A stretch of DNA of 64,000 bases from Hemiscyllium ocellatum (GCF_020745735.1 NC_083447.1:12728035-12792034); one strand, 5' to 3'; shown: positions 24,768-36,908, numbered from the stretch's first letter. Notes: generated by a model not told the origin, from the sequence alone. Numbers and translations: made by a program.

Positions 24768-26334
24768 CTGGTGCAAAACATAGGGACAGAATGAGTTTGA
24801 TTCGCTGGTTGGAGGCAAGAATTGTTATTACTGCTGTGAAGGCATGACTTCCCCTTCTTCCCTTCCCAATTTACAAAGATACAAGCCAAATGTACTAGAC
24901 ACCCTTTGTACCCACAGTCAGGAAACCATTCCGCCACGATTGGGAGAATCACATTCGATCACATACGAAGTAGGAGCAAGAGGGGGCTATTTGGACCTCA
25001 AGCCTGCCTCATCTTTCAGTAAGATCATGACTAATATTCTATTTTCCCACCCACACCCTAAATCTGTCAGGTCTTCGAGTGCCCAAAGTTCTATCATTTC
25101 TATCACACTGATGAACCAAGTTGCCACAATCCTCGGCCAAAGAGAAATGCAAAGGAGTTCAAACCTCCAAGAATGGAAATATCTCCTCATCTCAGTCCAA
25201 AATGGCTAACCCTCAATCTAAGACCATGACCCCGTAGTTCTAAACTCATCACAATAGGGAAAAAAAATTGCTTCTTGGATGCGGTCCTAGAGTTTTAGAT
25301 GTTCCAATGAGATAATCTCTCATTTCTCTAAATGCCAGAGAACACAGGGCCAATCTATCTGACATTTCAGCAGAGAATGTGGAGGATGGTGATCAGCAGC
25401 AAAGGCCCAGGCTGATTTTCCAACCCTGGGCACTGAAGTCAATTGCAGCAGGTCCAACTGACAAAATGGGTGACCCACACACACAAGAAGATCGGACCTT
25501 GAGAGTCATGAATCCTCTGGGCCTGGGTGGCTCAGTTATTTGCTAAAAAAAAATCTACACAGACACCAGCAGTACCAAATTTTCAAAAAGTGATGATATT
25601 GGAAACTGAAACAAAAATGGAGACACCATACTGAAAGCAGGGTGTGGGAATGACAGACCTTACAAAGCTGAAGCTGAAACGTAGAATGCCAGGCACACTC
25701 AGTACATTATGCAGCATCTAAAAGAGACACTGCCATTTTGGACCTTTGCAGTACCAGACGCTGGCACCTCATCAGGATATCAACTTGAACAGAACAGATG
25801 AGACAATGGTACAGTGATAATGGCACTGGATGAGTAAAGCTCTGGGGTCAGGAGTTCAAATCCCAACACTGCACTGGTTTAGTTTAAATTCTGTTAACAT
25901 ATCTGGAATATAAAATAATTGTCTCAATCTTGATTGCTGATTCTTCCAAAAACAAAATACTCAGGGCTGGTGAAGTTTCAATTCAATTAATACAATCTGG
26001 AATTTCAACATACTGAACATTAATTTTAGAGATGACTATTATTGAATGTTGTAAAAGCCCATCCAGTTCATTCACGTCCTTTAGGGAAGTAAATCTGCTG
26101 TTGTCACTTTCAATATGGTGGTAACCAGTAGAAATCAAGTGCCATTTTTCCGAGAATTGTCAGAAAAGCTAAATATTAATTGTTAAATATGAAATCAACC
26201 TGCCTTTTAAACCTAGATTGACAGAAAGCATGAAATCACGTTTTCAAGTCAAGAAATTCTTAACAAGAATTCCTATTTATTATAAATAAAGAAATTCTTG
26301 TTACAGGTAAAAAGGTCAACAAATAATTTTATTA

Positions 26335-26627
26335 TATTAGATTACCTTCAGTGTGGAAACAGGCCCTTCTGCCCAACAAGTCCACCCTGACCCATTCCCC
26401 TACATTCACCCCTTCACCTACATTCACCCCTTCACCTAACATTGCAATTTAGCATGGCCAATGCACCTAACCTGCACATTTTTGGACTATGGGAGGAAAC
26501 CGGAGTACCTGGAGGAAACCCACGCAGACACGGGGAGAATGTGCAAACTCCACACAGTCAGTCACCTGAAGTGGGTATTGAACCCGGGTCTCTGGCACTG
26601 TGAGGCAGCAGTGCTAACCACTGTGCC
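26335..26627 (-). mobile_element. HE1-like V-SINE in B9D2 intron
   Basis: Consensus match; small internal duplication CCTACATTCACCCCTTCA. Confidence 0.82.
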
Positions 26628-27109
26628 AATTTTATCAGTTAAAACTCTAAAACACATCCCAGACAAAAAAAAAATTGTTATGGGTGGAGGGGAAAACTGA
26701 GAAGGCAGCTCAATAATTCCTGTTCATGAGATTTGCTCAGATTTTCCTTTTGGCCTGTCAGGACTTGCTATTCCTTGACCTCTTCTTCAGGTACTTGCAG
26801 GCACAGGGCAACTGGTTCACAATTTACAAAGTTTCTGACTTCGAGTTAAAAGCATAAGCTTACAGCAACTTGTCAGGCAAGATAAAGTGACTTTCTTCAG
26901 GCTTTATTTAAACTACAGGGGCAAGGACATTTCCATCCTTCCAGAGGTCTGAGGCTTCTGGCTATCTCATTCACATCCACAAGCTATTCAGCTTCCTGGA
27001 AGCCAGTCACACAATTGTTGGTGGGTAGAAGGCCTTCATCATCGATTTTAAAATTGCTGGTTTCAGTTCTTTCATATTCATTCTAAAAGGTGAGAGATTT
27101 AACAAACAA

Positions 27110-27320
27110 TCCATGTCTTTTTCAATATATAATTTTAGTTTCATCACACTGTAAACTTTTGCTATAAATTCTGTGTCTTATGATCTGATACTCCACAACC
27201 ACATGAAGGAGCAGGGCTCCGAAAGCTAGTGCTGCCAAATAAACCTGTTGGACTATAAACTGGTGTTGTGTGACTTTTAACCTTGTACCCCCCCAGTCCA
27301 ACACCGGCATCTCCAAATCA
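27110..27320 (+). mobile_element. Second PLE-like terminal family (AGCU-type hammerhead), degenerate
   Basis: CCAC-ATGA-A-GGAGC-AGG-GCTCC-GAAA-GC-TA-GTG, then AATAAACCTGTTGGACTATAA...AGTCCAACACCGGCATCTCCA; homologous to 54487-54612. Confidence 0.6.
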
Positions 27321-29433
27321 TGTTTGTCATCTGATCACCACTGCACAAACCAATCAGCTACTTGCTGCCAGATGAACCTCACCCTATACACAACCAGTCG
27401 CCAGTTGATCTGCAACCTAGTTGAACAAACAACCGTGTAAATAGCACATTCGGTATGTGCTTGTAGCTTGCTTTGAAAAGTACAGGAATTCTTTCCATAA
27501 TTCTTGGGTTTTTTTTGTTTGAAATGATTGCCTTGCCAGTGATGCCCAATTCCCACGCTTTTTTTTATTTTAAAAAATGTGGGTCAGTAACCAAAGAACA
27601 CTGTTCTTCAATCGTTGGCACAGAAGTTAAACAATAGAAAGAGGCTCTACTGTTTTAAAAAATAATGAGTTGCTGTCATCTGGAACTCAGCCTGGAAGGG
27701 TGGAGGTAAGTTCAACAATATGCAAAGAGAATTGGACGTCAGCTCTAAAAGGAGATGTATGCCGAGCTATGAGGTAAGAGCAAGCAAGGTGGGGCCAGCT
27801 AGCCAGCATTAACAAGATGGGTTGTATGGTCTCCTTTTCTACAGCAACATTCCACAAAATACCCATCAATTTTGATTAATTTCCCTGCAGTTTTCCTTTT
27901 CAAACCACAGGCATTCCTTTTTTACCCAAGTAATTGTATCACCTCGATACAGTTACATGAACAGACAAAGACCTAAATTTCAAAGCTCCAGCCTCAGTGA
28001 AAGCCTCTCTTGTTATATGTTTCCTTTAATTAATATCCTTTCTGTACTTTTGGAATTTGTAACCAAAAAAAAAGTGCCGATAATTACAAACTTTCTCTCA
28101 GGCAATCTGAACAAAGCACAAAAGCCCATCAACCTCCATTTAGTTATAGGAGGTGACAAGATTAATTGGGTTTACAGTGCTGGCTCCTTTTCCTGCTGGC
28201 ATCACTGAACCTGGAAAGGTTAAGAGACAAATCTTGAAGCAACATGATGAAATCATTGCTGTTTCATAGTTAAAATTTGTCAATTAGTTTTAATTTTTTT
28301 TAAAAGCACCAGTGTTCAGTCACTGAACATTGTTATGGTTGAGTAGATGTATCTTTTGACACTGAGAGAATCAAAGGGTATTAGGCTAAAACAAGAAACT
28401 GGAGCTGATGTGGCAGGTCAGCCATGAACTTAAGGAATAAAGTAAGATTCGAGGGGAAATATTGCTTACTCCTGCTCCTATTTAGGTTATTAATTTGCAG
28501 TGCAGAAATTCTGGCTTTTTTTACAACTACACAGAAACAGAGAGGACACAGAAGTGTGTGTGCATGCGAGAGAGAGAGAGAGAGAAACACAACTTAACCA
28601 GCTCTTCAGCCACTGATTTCATACGCAGGGTAAAACTTTATGTTGGCTGCAAGATAATCCCTGTCCCGATACTAAGTACCACTCATCCTTAACATGGTGC
28701 TAACACACACATTAAAGTTGGAAGGTTGAAGATTCAAATCCCATTCCAGGAACAAAAGCACAGATAGACTAAACTACAATAATCTAGGATGTCTGTAAAA
28801 TAGACAGCAGGTATAGAACAAGGTCAACAAGTAGGATAATGCCAGGTAAAGAACCCCAAGTTACTCCCCCAGTACATTAATAATGAAACAAGGATTTTGT
28901 TTTTAGTCTTTGGATGTGAGCATCACTGACAAGGTCAGCACCATTCCTAACTGCCCTTGGACTAAGCAGCTTGCTAAGTGTCTTATTTCTCATCTACATC
29001 ATGCACCAATAACATCTAATCACTGGCACTTCTCTCAACTCCTCTATTACTGTTCAGTTCTCAGACTCTTTTTCTGACCTCCTGTAAGGGAGCAGAAACT
29101 GGTTAAGCATTAGGAAAACTGAAGCCTCCTTCAAATTCTGATTCCCAGTTACTGGCAACAGAGACTAAATGAGATTATTTGGCATTTGGTGTCTTACTTT
29201 CCTCCAAAATGAGTTTCTAGCCTCACCCCTGTGCTCACTAACCTAATTTGGCTCCTAGTCAAACAATGTATTGAATTTAAAATTCGCGATTTTTTTTCAA
29301 GTTTCTCCATGGCCTTGCCCCCCTCAATCGCTTTATCTTTAGAGGTGGTGATGGCATAGGAGCAATGTCACTGGACTAGTAACCCTGAGGAAGAAGTGTA
29401 TAGCTTAGTAAGACTAGAGTACATTGTAGTTAC

Positions 29434-29559
29434 CTTGGAGACCTTTGGTCGCATAATGTACATCAATAGGATGTGACCAGTAGGCCATGTCCTGGATTAC
29501 AGGGTTGTCCACTTGTGTTTGCCCTTCTCTTAAGCCAGAAAGTAGCTTCCAAGCACAGC
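29434..29559 (-). CDS. B9D2: B9D2 second coding exon (126 nt; not in the ORF track)
   Basis: Manual translation gives (G)[41 protein letters not shown](G). Acceptor TTATAG|, donor AAG|GTAACT; phase 1 at both ends, matching the flanking exons. Confidence 0.96.
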
Positions 29560-30310
29560 CTATAACCATGGGATGGGGGAAGAGAGGAGACAATAAATCC
29601 AGTAATCTGCTTTACAAAAGAAAAAGGTGTTGGTTAATGAATGAATTGGAATTACTTAACTTTTTTTTTGTTCATTCATGGGATGTGGGTGCCACTGGCA
29701 AGGCCAACATTTATTGCCCAACCCTAACTGCCCTTAAACTGAGTGGGTTGCCAAGCCACTTTGGAGGGCAATTAAGAGTCAACCGCACTGCTGTGGAGTC
29801 ATGCGCAGGTCAGCCAAAGATGCAAATTTCCTTCCCTGAGACACTAGTGAACCAAACACAGAGTGCTGAAGAAACTCAGCAGGTCTGGCCACATCTGTAG
29901 AGGCAGAAGTGGAGTTAATATTTTGAGACTGGGATGACTCTCCTTTAGAACTAGTCGGAACCAATTGAGTCTTTACAACAATCAATGATGGATAATTGTC
30001 ATGGCTACAATTACAGTAATCTGTACAGTATACTGACGATTTTTATATTCCAGATTCATTAAATGTTTCAAGCTTCACAAACTGTCATGATAGAATTTCA
30101 AACAGAGTCCCCAAAGTGGTAGCCTGGGTCTATGGCATCTTAGCCCAGTGGAATTACATACTGTGCAGATCTCTCCCTGCTGAACAATAAGAAAAGACCT
30201 TTAATTATCAACAATAACAGAATTGTAGACTAATCCTTCTAAATGATCTTGATAAGTTAGTCTAGAAAGCACCTGACTTGACACAATGAGAAACTGAGAC
30301 AGTTCCGCTC

Positions 30311-30444
30311 AATTCCTGATGAAGGACTTCTGCCCGAAACATTGACTGTCCTGCTCCTCGGATGCTACCTGACCTGCTGTACTTTTCCAGCACCACCCTT
30401 TTTCGACTCTGATTCTCCAGCATCTGCAGTCCTCACTTTCTCCT
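30311..30444 (+). mobile_element. PLE 3' fragment with degenerate hammerhead core (B9D2 intron)
   Basis: ATTCCTGATGAAGGACTTCTGCCCGAAACATTG...CAGCATCTGCAGTCCTCACTTTCTCC. Confidence 0.75.
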
Positions 30445-30689
30445 TATTGAAAAATTAAACAGGCTAGAGCTAATAAATCGCGAAACATAAAGCTAGTGTC
30501 AATAACAATCTCCATGACTACTATAACGCATGGTTATATAAGTCCACTATAATATCCTTTACTGAACAAAATCCTTACCTGGTCTCATATTAAACCCACG
30601 GCTCCAACAGGAATCAAGCACAGCAGATCCCCAGCACCCCTGCTATGCCACCAAGACATGCAGTTTGGCAGGGAGATGCTAACAATAGC

Positions 30690-31010
30690 AATGCCGAACC
30701 CGTAATCCAGAGCATCCCTGGAAATATTTTGAGGACATGGTTTCAAATCCCATCACAGCAGCTAATGGAGTTTAAATTCCATTAATAAATTTGGAATGTA
30801 AAACTAATCATTAGTGATGGTGACTATGAAATGATCATTTATTAATAATCCATCTGGCCTACTTCTGTTTCCAAGCCAACAGCAATGTCGTTAATTCTTA
30901 ATTGCCCTCTAAAATGGCTCTAGCAACTCACTCAGTCAAGGGCAATTAGGGATGGGATACAAACTGCTGGCCTTGACAATGGCACCCCCATCTCATGAAA
31001 GGATAAGGTA
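30690..31010 (+). mobile_element. Second tRNA-derived SINE family; copies also at about 9198-9310/11660-11930, 15505-15830, 25805-26105, 55140-55450
   Basis: Shared GGTTCAAATCCCA...ATCTGGAAT...GACTCCA...GGGCAATTAGGGATGGG...TGCTGGCCTTG consensus. Confidence 0.6.
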
Positions 31011-31073
31011 AAAAATTAAATGCAGTACACTGTGTTCCCCAACATCCTCCACACACCTAAGCAAGAGTCTTAC

Positions 31074-31161
31074 CTGTCTGCAGCCCCCATTTACAAAACA
31101 GGCTTTTGTGCGGGAAACCACTTGCTCCAACAATCTGTCCGATAATATGCAGCTCAGCCAT
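31074..31161 (-). CDS. B9D2: B9 domain-containing protein 2, first coding exon (88 nt)
   Basis: [29 protein letters not shown](G) matches the B9D2 N-terminus (human MAEVHVIGQIIGASGF...LFCKWG). Acceptor TTTGCAG| at 31166, exon starts 31165, ATG 31161, donor CAG|GTAAGA. Confidence 0.96.
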
Positions 31162-32277
31162 CTCCCTGCAAAGAAAGGATATCAAGCTATGAACAGGTTG
31201 CAAACTCAGCCAAATGTAGCACTGCAGAGAGCAATCAAACTCTTTGATATCACACATTACTTCCATTTTTCTGGCAAAACAAACTATAAACAGATTTCGG
31301 GTAAAACACCCAATGAAATATATTTTTAAACTTGCAAACTCTAAGAGATATTGGTGAGGGGTAACTCAAATAGACATTACTTGTCCTTTCATTCCTACTC
31401 AAAGGTTTTCAGGATAGGCAGGGTTTTGGAACTTTCAGTTCTTTATAAACGTCAAATATGCCATATAAAATATTTTAAATTTAATGATTTCAAGACAGGA
31501 AACCATTTGTATGAGTGCCATCTCTTTCCAACACAATTTAGCTAATCCCATTTCCACACACGTGTGCAAAGCTTTTCAAATATTTATTCAATTCCAAAGC
31601 CCTACGTGACTTTGCCTCCACCGAACTCTCAGGTAGTGCACTCCAGACACTCTCTGTGTAAAAGAAAAGATTTTCTTCATGTTTCTTTTGATTCTTTGAA
31701 ATGTTGTGAGTAGAGGCAATGCCATAAAGCAAACTGATTTGTGGTTTACTTGTGCACCTGCATATATAAGGTCAATAGAAATATCCGGACGGTCTGTTTC
31801 CTTGCTGTACATTTTTGACTCTGACTCTAACAAAATAGGAGAAGGAGGCCATTTGGCGTTTCATATTGCTCCCTCGTTCAATATGATCATGCCTATCATC
31901 CACTCAGTACCCTGTTCCTGCTTTCTTCCCATTACGCTTTAATCTCTTTACCCAAGAATTATATCTAATAATCAATGCAATCAGTTCTGTGGAAGGGTCA
32001 CTTATCATGAAACATTAACACTGATTTCTCTCCACAGATGCTGTCAGTCCTGCTGAGTTTGTCCAGTAATTTCTATTTTCATAATCAATGCAATTCACTG
32101 CTTCAGTGCTGTCCCAGTCCTGGGAGTGTTTGATTGAAACTGAAAGCTTAACACTGTGCCAAAGAGTAGAGTCATAGAGATGTGCAGCATGAAAACAGGC
32201 CCTTCAGCCCAACTTGCCGACCTGATATCCCAACCCAATCTAGTCCCAACAGCCAGCACCTGGCCCATATCCCTCCA

Positions 32278-32422
32278 GAGCTGAAATTGTGTTGCCTCAA
32301 AAGCGCAGCAGGTCAAGGAGCAGGAGATTCTCCTGTTCCTTGGATGCTGCCTGACCTGCTGTGCTTTTCCAGCAACACATTTTCAGCTCTGATCTCCAGC
32401 ATCTGCAGTCCTCACTATTTCC
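32278..32422 (+). mobile_element. Short PLE fold-back insertion with TSD
   Basis: Inverted arm starting GAGCTGAAATTGTGTTGC, then sense arm GATTCTCCTG...CAGCTC plus tail; direct repeat CCATATCCCTCCA (32265-32277) / CCATGTCCCTCCA (32421-32433). Confidence 0.8.
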
Positions 32423-32649
32423 ATGTCCCTCCAAAGTAAAGGGTGATTAACTCTGTATTTAATCCCCGTGCTGTGATCCTGGGGAGTGTTTGATGGGGAT
32501 AGTGAGGGATGAAAACAAGTGGAGAAACTCAGTAGGTCAACCAGCATCTGTCGACAGAAAAGTAGAATTAAGGTACCGAACCCATTGATGCTTTAAGTTG
32601 CTTTATTTTAGTTTTTCTGGTTGTTTTAAACAATCGAGTTAGGCCCAGG

Positions 32650-32985
32650 ATCATCCATGATTGACGTGTTAACCCACCAATCGGAACGTAGCCACCGGAT
32701 GAATCATCCAATCACCGTCAAAGGACAGAGATCAACTGCTTTTCGCACGATATCGGTAAAATGTCCTCATTCCTCTCCTCTCCGTTTTCCTCTTTGTCTC
32801 TTTCCCTCCGGCTCTATCTGTCTCCCTCTCTCATTCTCGCCTGCGATATCTCCGCCGCCGCCATCGACGCTTCATACCTTGGCAACCCAATATTGAGCTC
32901 TCCTATTGGCTGTAATGCTGCGGCTTTCAACCAATTGGAAACGGGCGGAGGGCGGGGTCAGGACGCTGCTGAGGCCCCGCCCTCT
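32650..32985. promoter_or_regulatory. CpG-rich promoter of B9D2 (non-coding exon 1 region)
   Basis: Local CpG enrichment. CCAAT/ATTGG at 32677, 32708, 32887, 32905 and 32931-32938; GC boxes at 32943, 32950 and 32975; RFX X-box-like GTTGCCAAGGTATG (32886-32873); YY1-like GATGGCGGC (32865-32857). The first coding exon has an acceptor 4 nt before its ATG, so an upstream non-coding exon is required. Confidence 0.75.
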
Positions 32986-32989
32986 CCCT

Positions 32990-33795
32990 GTATCCTTTCA
33001 CTCTCTCCCTCCACATATTCTCCCACATTCCTCCTCTACCTCCATATTCCTCCTCTCCCTCCCCATATTCTCCCACATTTCTCCTCTCCCTCCCCATTCT
33101 ACCTACACCTCCTTGTATTCTCCCACGTTCCTCTGCTCCCTCCCCATTCTACCTACACCTCCCCATATTCTCCCACCTTCCTCCTCTCCCTCCCCATATT
33201 CTCCCACATTCCTCACACATTCCTCCTCTCCCTCCCCATTCCGCCTACACCTCCCCATATTCTCACATATTCCTCCTCTCCCACCACATTCCGCCTACAC
33301 CTCCCCATATTCCTCCTCTCCCTTCCCATTCCGTCTACACCTCCTCATATTCTCCCACATTCCTCCTCTCCCTCCTCATATTCTCACACATTCCTCCTCT
33401 CCCTTCCCATTCCGCCTACACCTCCTCATATTCTCCCACATTCCTCCTCTCCCTCCCCATATTCTCCCATATTCCTCCTCTCCCTCCCCATTCCACCTAG
33501 ACCTTCTCACGTTCTCTGTTTTTCCTCTATCTCCACACATTCTCCCTTCCTATTCCCCTCCCCTTTCCTCCTCTACCTCTCTACATTTTCCATTCTCCCT
33601 CCACTCATGCCCTCTCTCCCTTCCCATTCCTCCTTAACCTCCCCACGTTCTTCATTGTTCCTCCACACATCTTCCCTCCCCTTTCCTTCCCCATTCCCCA
33701 AGTTCTCCATTCTGCCTCCACTCCACACATTCCCCCTGTCCCTCCCCATTCCTCCTCTACCTCCCTACGTTCTCCCTTCTCCTTCCACCTCCACA
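32990..33795 (+). repeat. C/T-rich degenerate minisatellite (CCTCCCCATATTCTCCCACATTCCTCCTCTC..)
   Basis: About 800 bp almost devoid of G on the plus strand. Confidence 0.9.
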
Positions 33796-33799
33796 TGGT

Positions 33800-34565
33800 G
33801 GACGGCATGGTGGTCCACTGGTTAGCATTGCTGCCTCTCAGTACCAGGGACCTGGGTTTGATTCCAGCCGTGGATGACTGTCCGTGTGGAGTTTGCACAT
33901 TCTCCCCGTACCTGTGTGGGTTTCCTCTGGGTGCTCCAGTTTCCTCCGACAGTCCAAAGATGTGCAGGTTATGGGAACTGGCCATGCTAAATTGCCCATC
34001 GTGTTCAAGGATATGTAGTTTAGAGACCTTAGGAGGAAATGTAAAGCGATAGGATAGGGGAATGGGTCTTGGTGGGATACTTTTTGGAGGGTCATAGAGT
34101 CATAGAGATGTACAGTATGGAAACAGACCCTTTGGTTCAACCCGTCCATGCTGACCAGATATCCCAACCCAATCTAGTCCCACCTGCCAGCACCAGCCCC
34201 ATATCCCTCCAAACCCTTCCTATTCATATACCCATCCAAATGCCTCTTAAATGTTGCAATTGTACCAGCCTCCACCACTTCCTCTGGCAGCTCATTCCAT
34301 ACAGGTACCACCCTCTGCGTGAAAACGTTGCCCTGTAGGTCTCTTCTTTATCTTTCCCTTCTCACCCTAAACCTATGCCCTCTAGTGCTGGCCTCCCCGA
34401 CCCCAGGGAAAAGACATTGCCGATTTACCCTATCTATGCCCCTCATACTTTTGTAAACCTCTATAAGGTCACCCCTCAGCCTCTGACGCCCCAGCCTGGC
34501 AATCCGATGTAGACTTGTTGGACCAAATGGGCTGTTTCCACACTGTAAGGATTCTATGATCTATG
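33800..34565 (+). mobile_element. HE1-like V-SINE interrupted by a minus-strand CR1 3' fragment (about 34093-34495)
   Basis: SINE body stops at GGAGGGTC (about 34092), the CR1 tail follows, and the SINE tail GACTTGTTGGACCAAATGGGCTGTTTCCACACTG resumes near 34505. Confidence 0.75.
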
Positions 34566-35180
34566 ACATTTTTCCTCTACCTTCCCAACCCTCCTCTGCC
34601 TCCCCACATTCTCCATTCCACCTCCCTGTGTCAGTGTGTGTGTGTGTATGGAGCTCGCAAATTCTGCCCCCACCTGTTTGGGTTTCCATTGGGTAGACTG
34701 GTTTTCTCCTACAATCCAAAGATGTACAGGTTAGATGGATTGACCATGCTAAATTGCCCACAGTATTCAGGGATGTGTGGGCTTGGTGCTAAGCCAAGGG
34801 AAATGAGGGGTTACGGTGATAGGGATGCACCTGGGTGCGATGTTCTTCACAGGGTTGATGCAGACCCGATAGGCCAAGTGGTTTCTTTCTGCACTACAGT
34901 TTCACATTCTTTGATGACCCATTCCCTGTCCCTATTTTTCCTACTCCCTTTCCCCTGACTTACACCCCAACCCTTGAATTCTCTTCCATGTCCAAAACCC
35001 TTTCAAAATTTTTGCCATCCTGTTCCCACAATGGACCTGATCTGGGAATGCTTTAAAGAAGGAAGTGAAGGCCTTGGTGTGGAACAGATTTACAAGAATA
35101 GAATCATAGAGATATACAGCACGGACACAGACCCTTTGGTCCAACTGGTCCAGAGAACATAACCTAATCTAGTCCCATTT

Positions 35181-35397
35181 GAGCTGAAAATGTGTTGCTG
35201 GAAAAGCGCAGCAGATCAGGCAGCATCCAAGGAACAGGAAATTCGACGTTTCGGGCATAGGCCCTTCATCAGGAATGACGGGGCTTATGCCCAAAACGTC
35301 GAATTTCCTGTTCCTTGGATGCTGCCTGACCTGCTGCGCTTTCCAGCAACACATTTTCAGCTCTGATACTCCAGCATCTGCAGACCTCACTTTCTCC
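35181..35397 (+). mobile_element. PLE terminal-repeat fold-back (inverted) insertion with TSD
   Basis: Arm 35181-35276 is the reverse complement of 35275-35363; 34-nt unpaired tail 35364-35397; direct repeat CTAGTCCCATTTGA at 35169-35182 and 35397-35410. Confidence 0.88.
35241..35276 (-). ncRNA. Minimal type-I hammerhead ribozyme motif (PLE-associated), core intact
   Basis: AUUC-CUGAUGA-A-GGGC-CUAU-GCCC-GAAA-CG-UC^GAAU: stem I AUUC/GAAU, stem II GGGC/GCCC, palindromic ACGU in place of stem III, GUC cleavage triplet. Confidence 0.8.
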
Positions 35398-36594
35398 TAG
35401 TCCCATTTGATGCTAACATGGATGAGGGATGTATATTATAAACTAAGAACTTGGATTTATAGAGCTTCTTTCTTGATCACTGGATTCCTCAATATGCTTT
35501 ACAGCCAACGAAATACTTTCGGAAATGTAGTCTCTGCTGTCACAGGGAAATGCACCAGGCAGTTTACACACAAGAATTAGGAGTATACCATATAGCACGT
35601 AGAGCTTGCAGAGCCATTTAACAGCTCTATTTCCTGGTATTCCCAGTCAGCGAAGAGAGAAGGAGCTGTAGGGAGGCATTGCTGAACTATGGAGCCACTC
35701 TTTGCCTCCAGTCCTGGGCATGGTGTCTGAGGAGAAACTTTAACTGAGAGAGGGGAGATGGAGGTGTGAATTTCAAAAATGAGCCTGCAACATTTTGCTG
35801 TAAATTCCTAGATTATCACAGCAACACAAGGAGGCTTTTTGCCCATTGTATCTATGCTGGTCAACAAAAATCTGACTGCAGTAATATCATTTTCCAGCTC
35901 TTCGCCCACAGCCCTGGAGTCATGACAACATGGGAGAGTATCAAAACACTACTTAAACATTACAAGGGTTTCTATCTCAACCACCCTTTCAGGCCATGAG
36001 TTCCAGACTCCCACTCTCTTCCCTCTGGGGATGTTCCCTCTGTAAATTTATAAACTAGCAAAGTATTAATATCTGTTTTTAAAAAAATACAAAGGATCTG
36101 AACTATTTTTGTATTTTTACAAACCTATTCCACTAACTGAAAATTATTATTTGAGAATAAGTGCAAGAATTCACCTCAACTCTCCTCCTAGATCTCTATC
36201 TCTCATCATCAATCTGTAGGCCATGTTTCTTGACACCTCACTAATGGAAAAAGTGCCCCCTTGTCCACCACATTTATGGCTTTTATAATCTTATCTATCA
36301 GATTTCCTCTCAACTTTCACTGCTCCAAACATTTTCCTCATAGATCAAACCCTCCAGTCAGCATCCGATAGATCTCCTTTGTACCCTCTCTAATGCAATC
36401 CCATTATTCCTATAATATGGTGACCAGAACTTTATGGAGTACTCCAGTTAATGCCTAACCTGCATTTCATACAGTTCCAGCATAAACTCCTTGCTCTTGT
36501 ATTCACAGAGAAATTCCAAGCACTGTAGGAAGAAGGTCAATAACTTTCTCCACTCTGCCAGCATAAGTGCCATTGTCTCCTCTCTGATACCATG

Positions 36595-36908
36595 GGACGG
36601 CACAGTGGCTCAGCAGTTAGTACTGCTGTCTCACAGCGCCAGGGGCCTGGGTTCAATTTCCACCTCGGGCAACTGTCTATGTGGAGTTTTCACATTCTCC
36701 CTGTGTCTGCATGGGTTTCCTGCGGGTGCTCCGGTTTCCTCTCACAGTCCAAAGATGTGCAGGTTAAGTGAATTGGCAATGCTAAATTGCTTGTGGTGTT
36801 AGGTGGATTAGTCAGGGGTAAATATAGGAGGGGGGGGGTTCTCTTTGGAGGGTCTGTGTGGACTTGTTGGACCGAGGGGTTGTTTCCACGCTATAGGTAA
36901 TCTAATCT
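36595..36908 (+). mobile_element. HE1-like V-SINE
   Basis: Consensus match. Confidence 0.82.

Noticed and set aside
32761-33825. 354-aa and 243-aa ORFs rich in P/S/L/H
   Set aside because: They arise from a G-poor minisatellite that lacks stop codons; no domain and no splice structure.
35275-35305. Second hammerhead on the plus arm of the 35.2-kb hairpin
   Set aside because: Lacks the CUG and has AAAAC in place of GAAAC; not a functional core.
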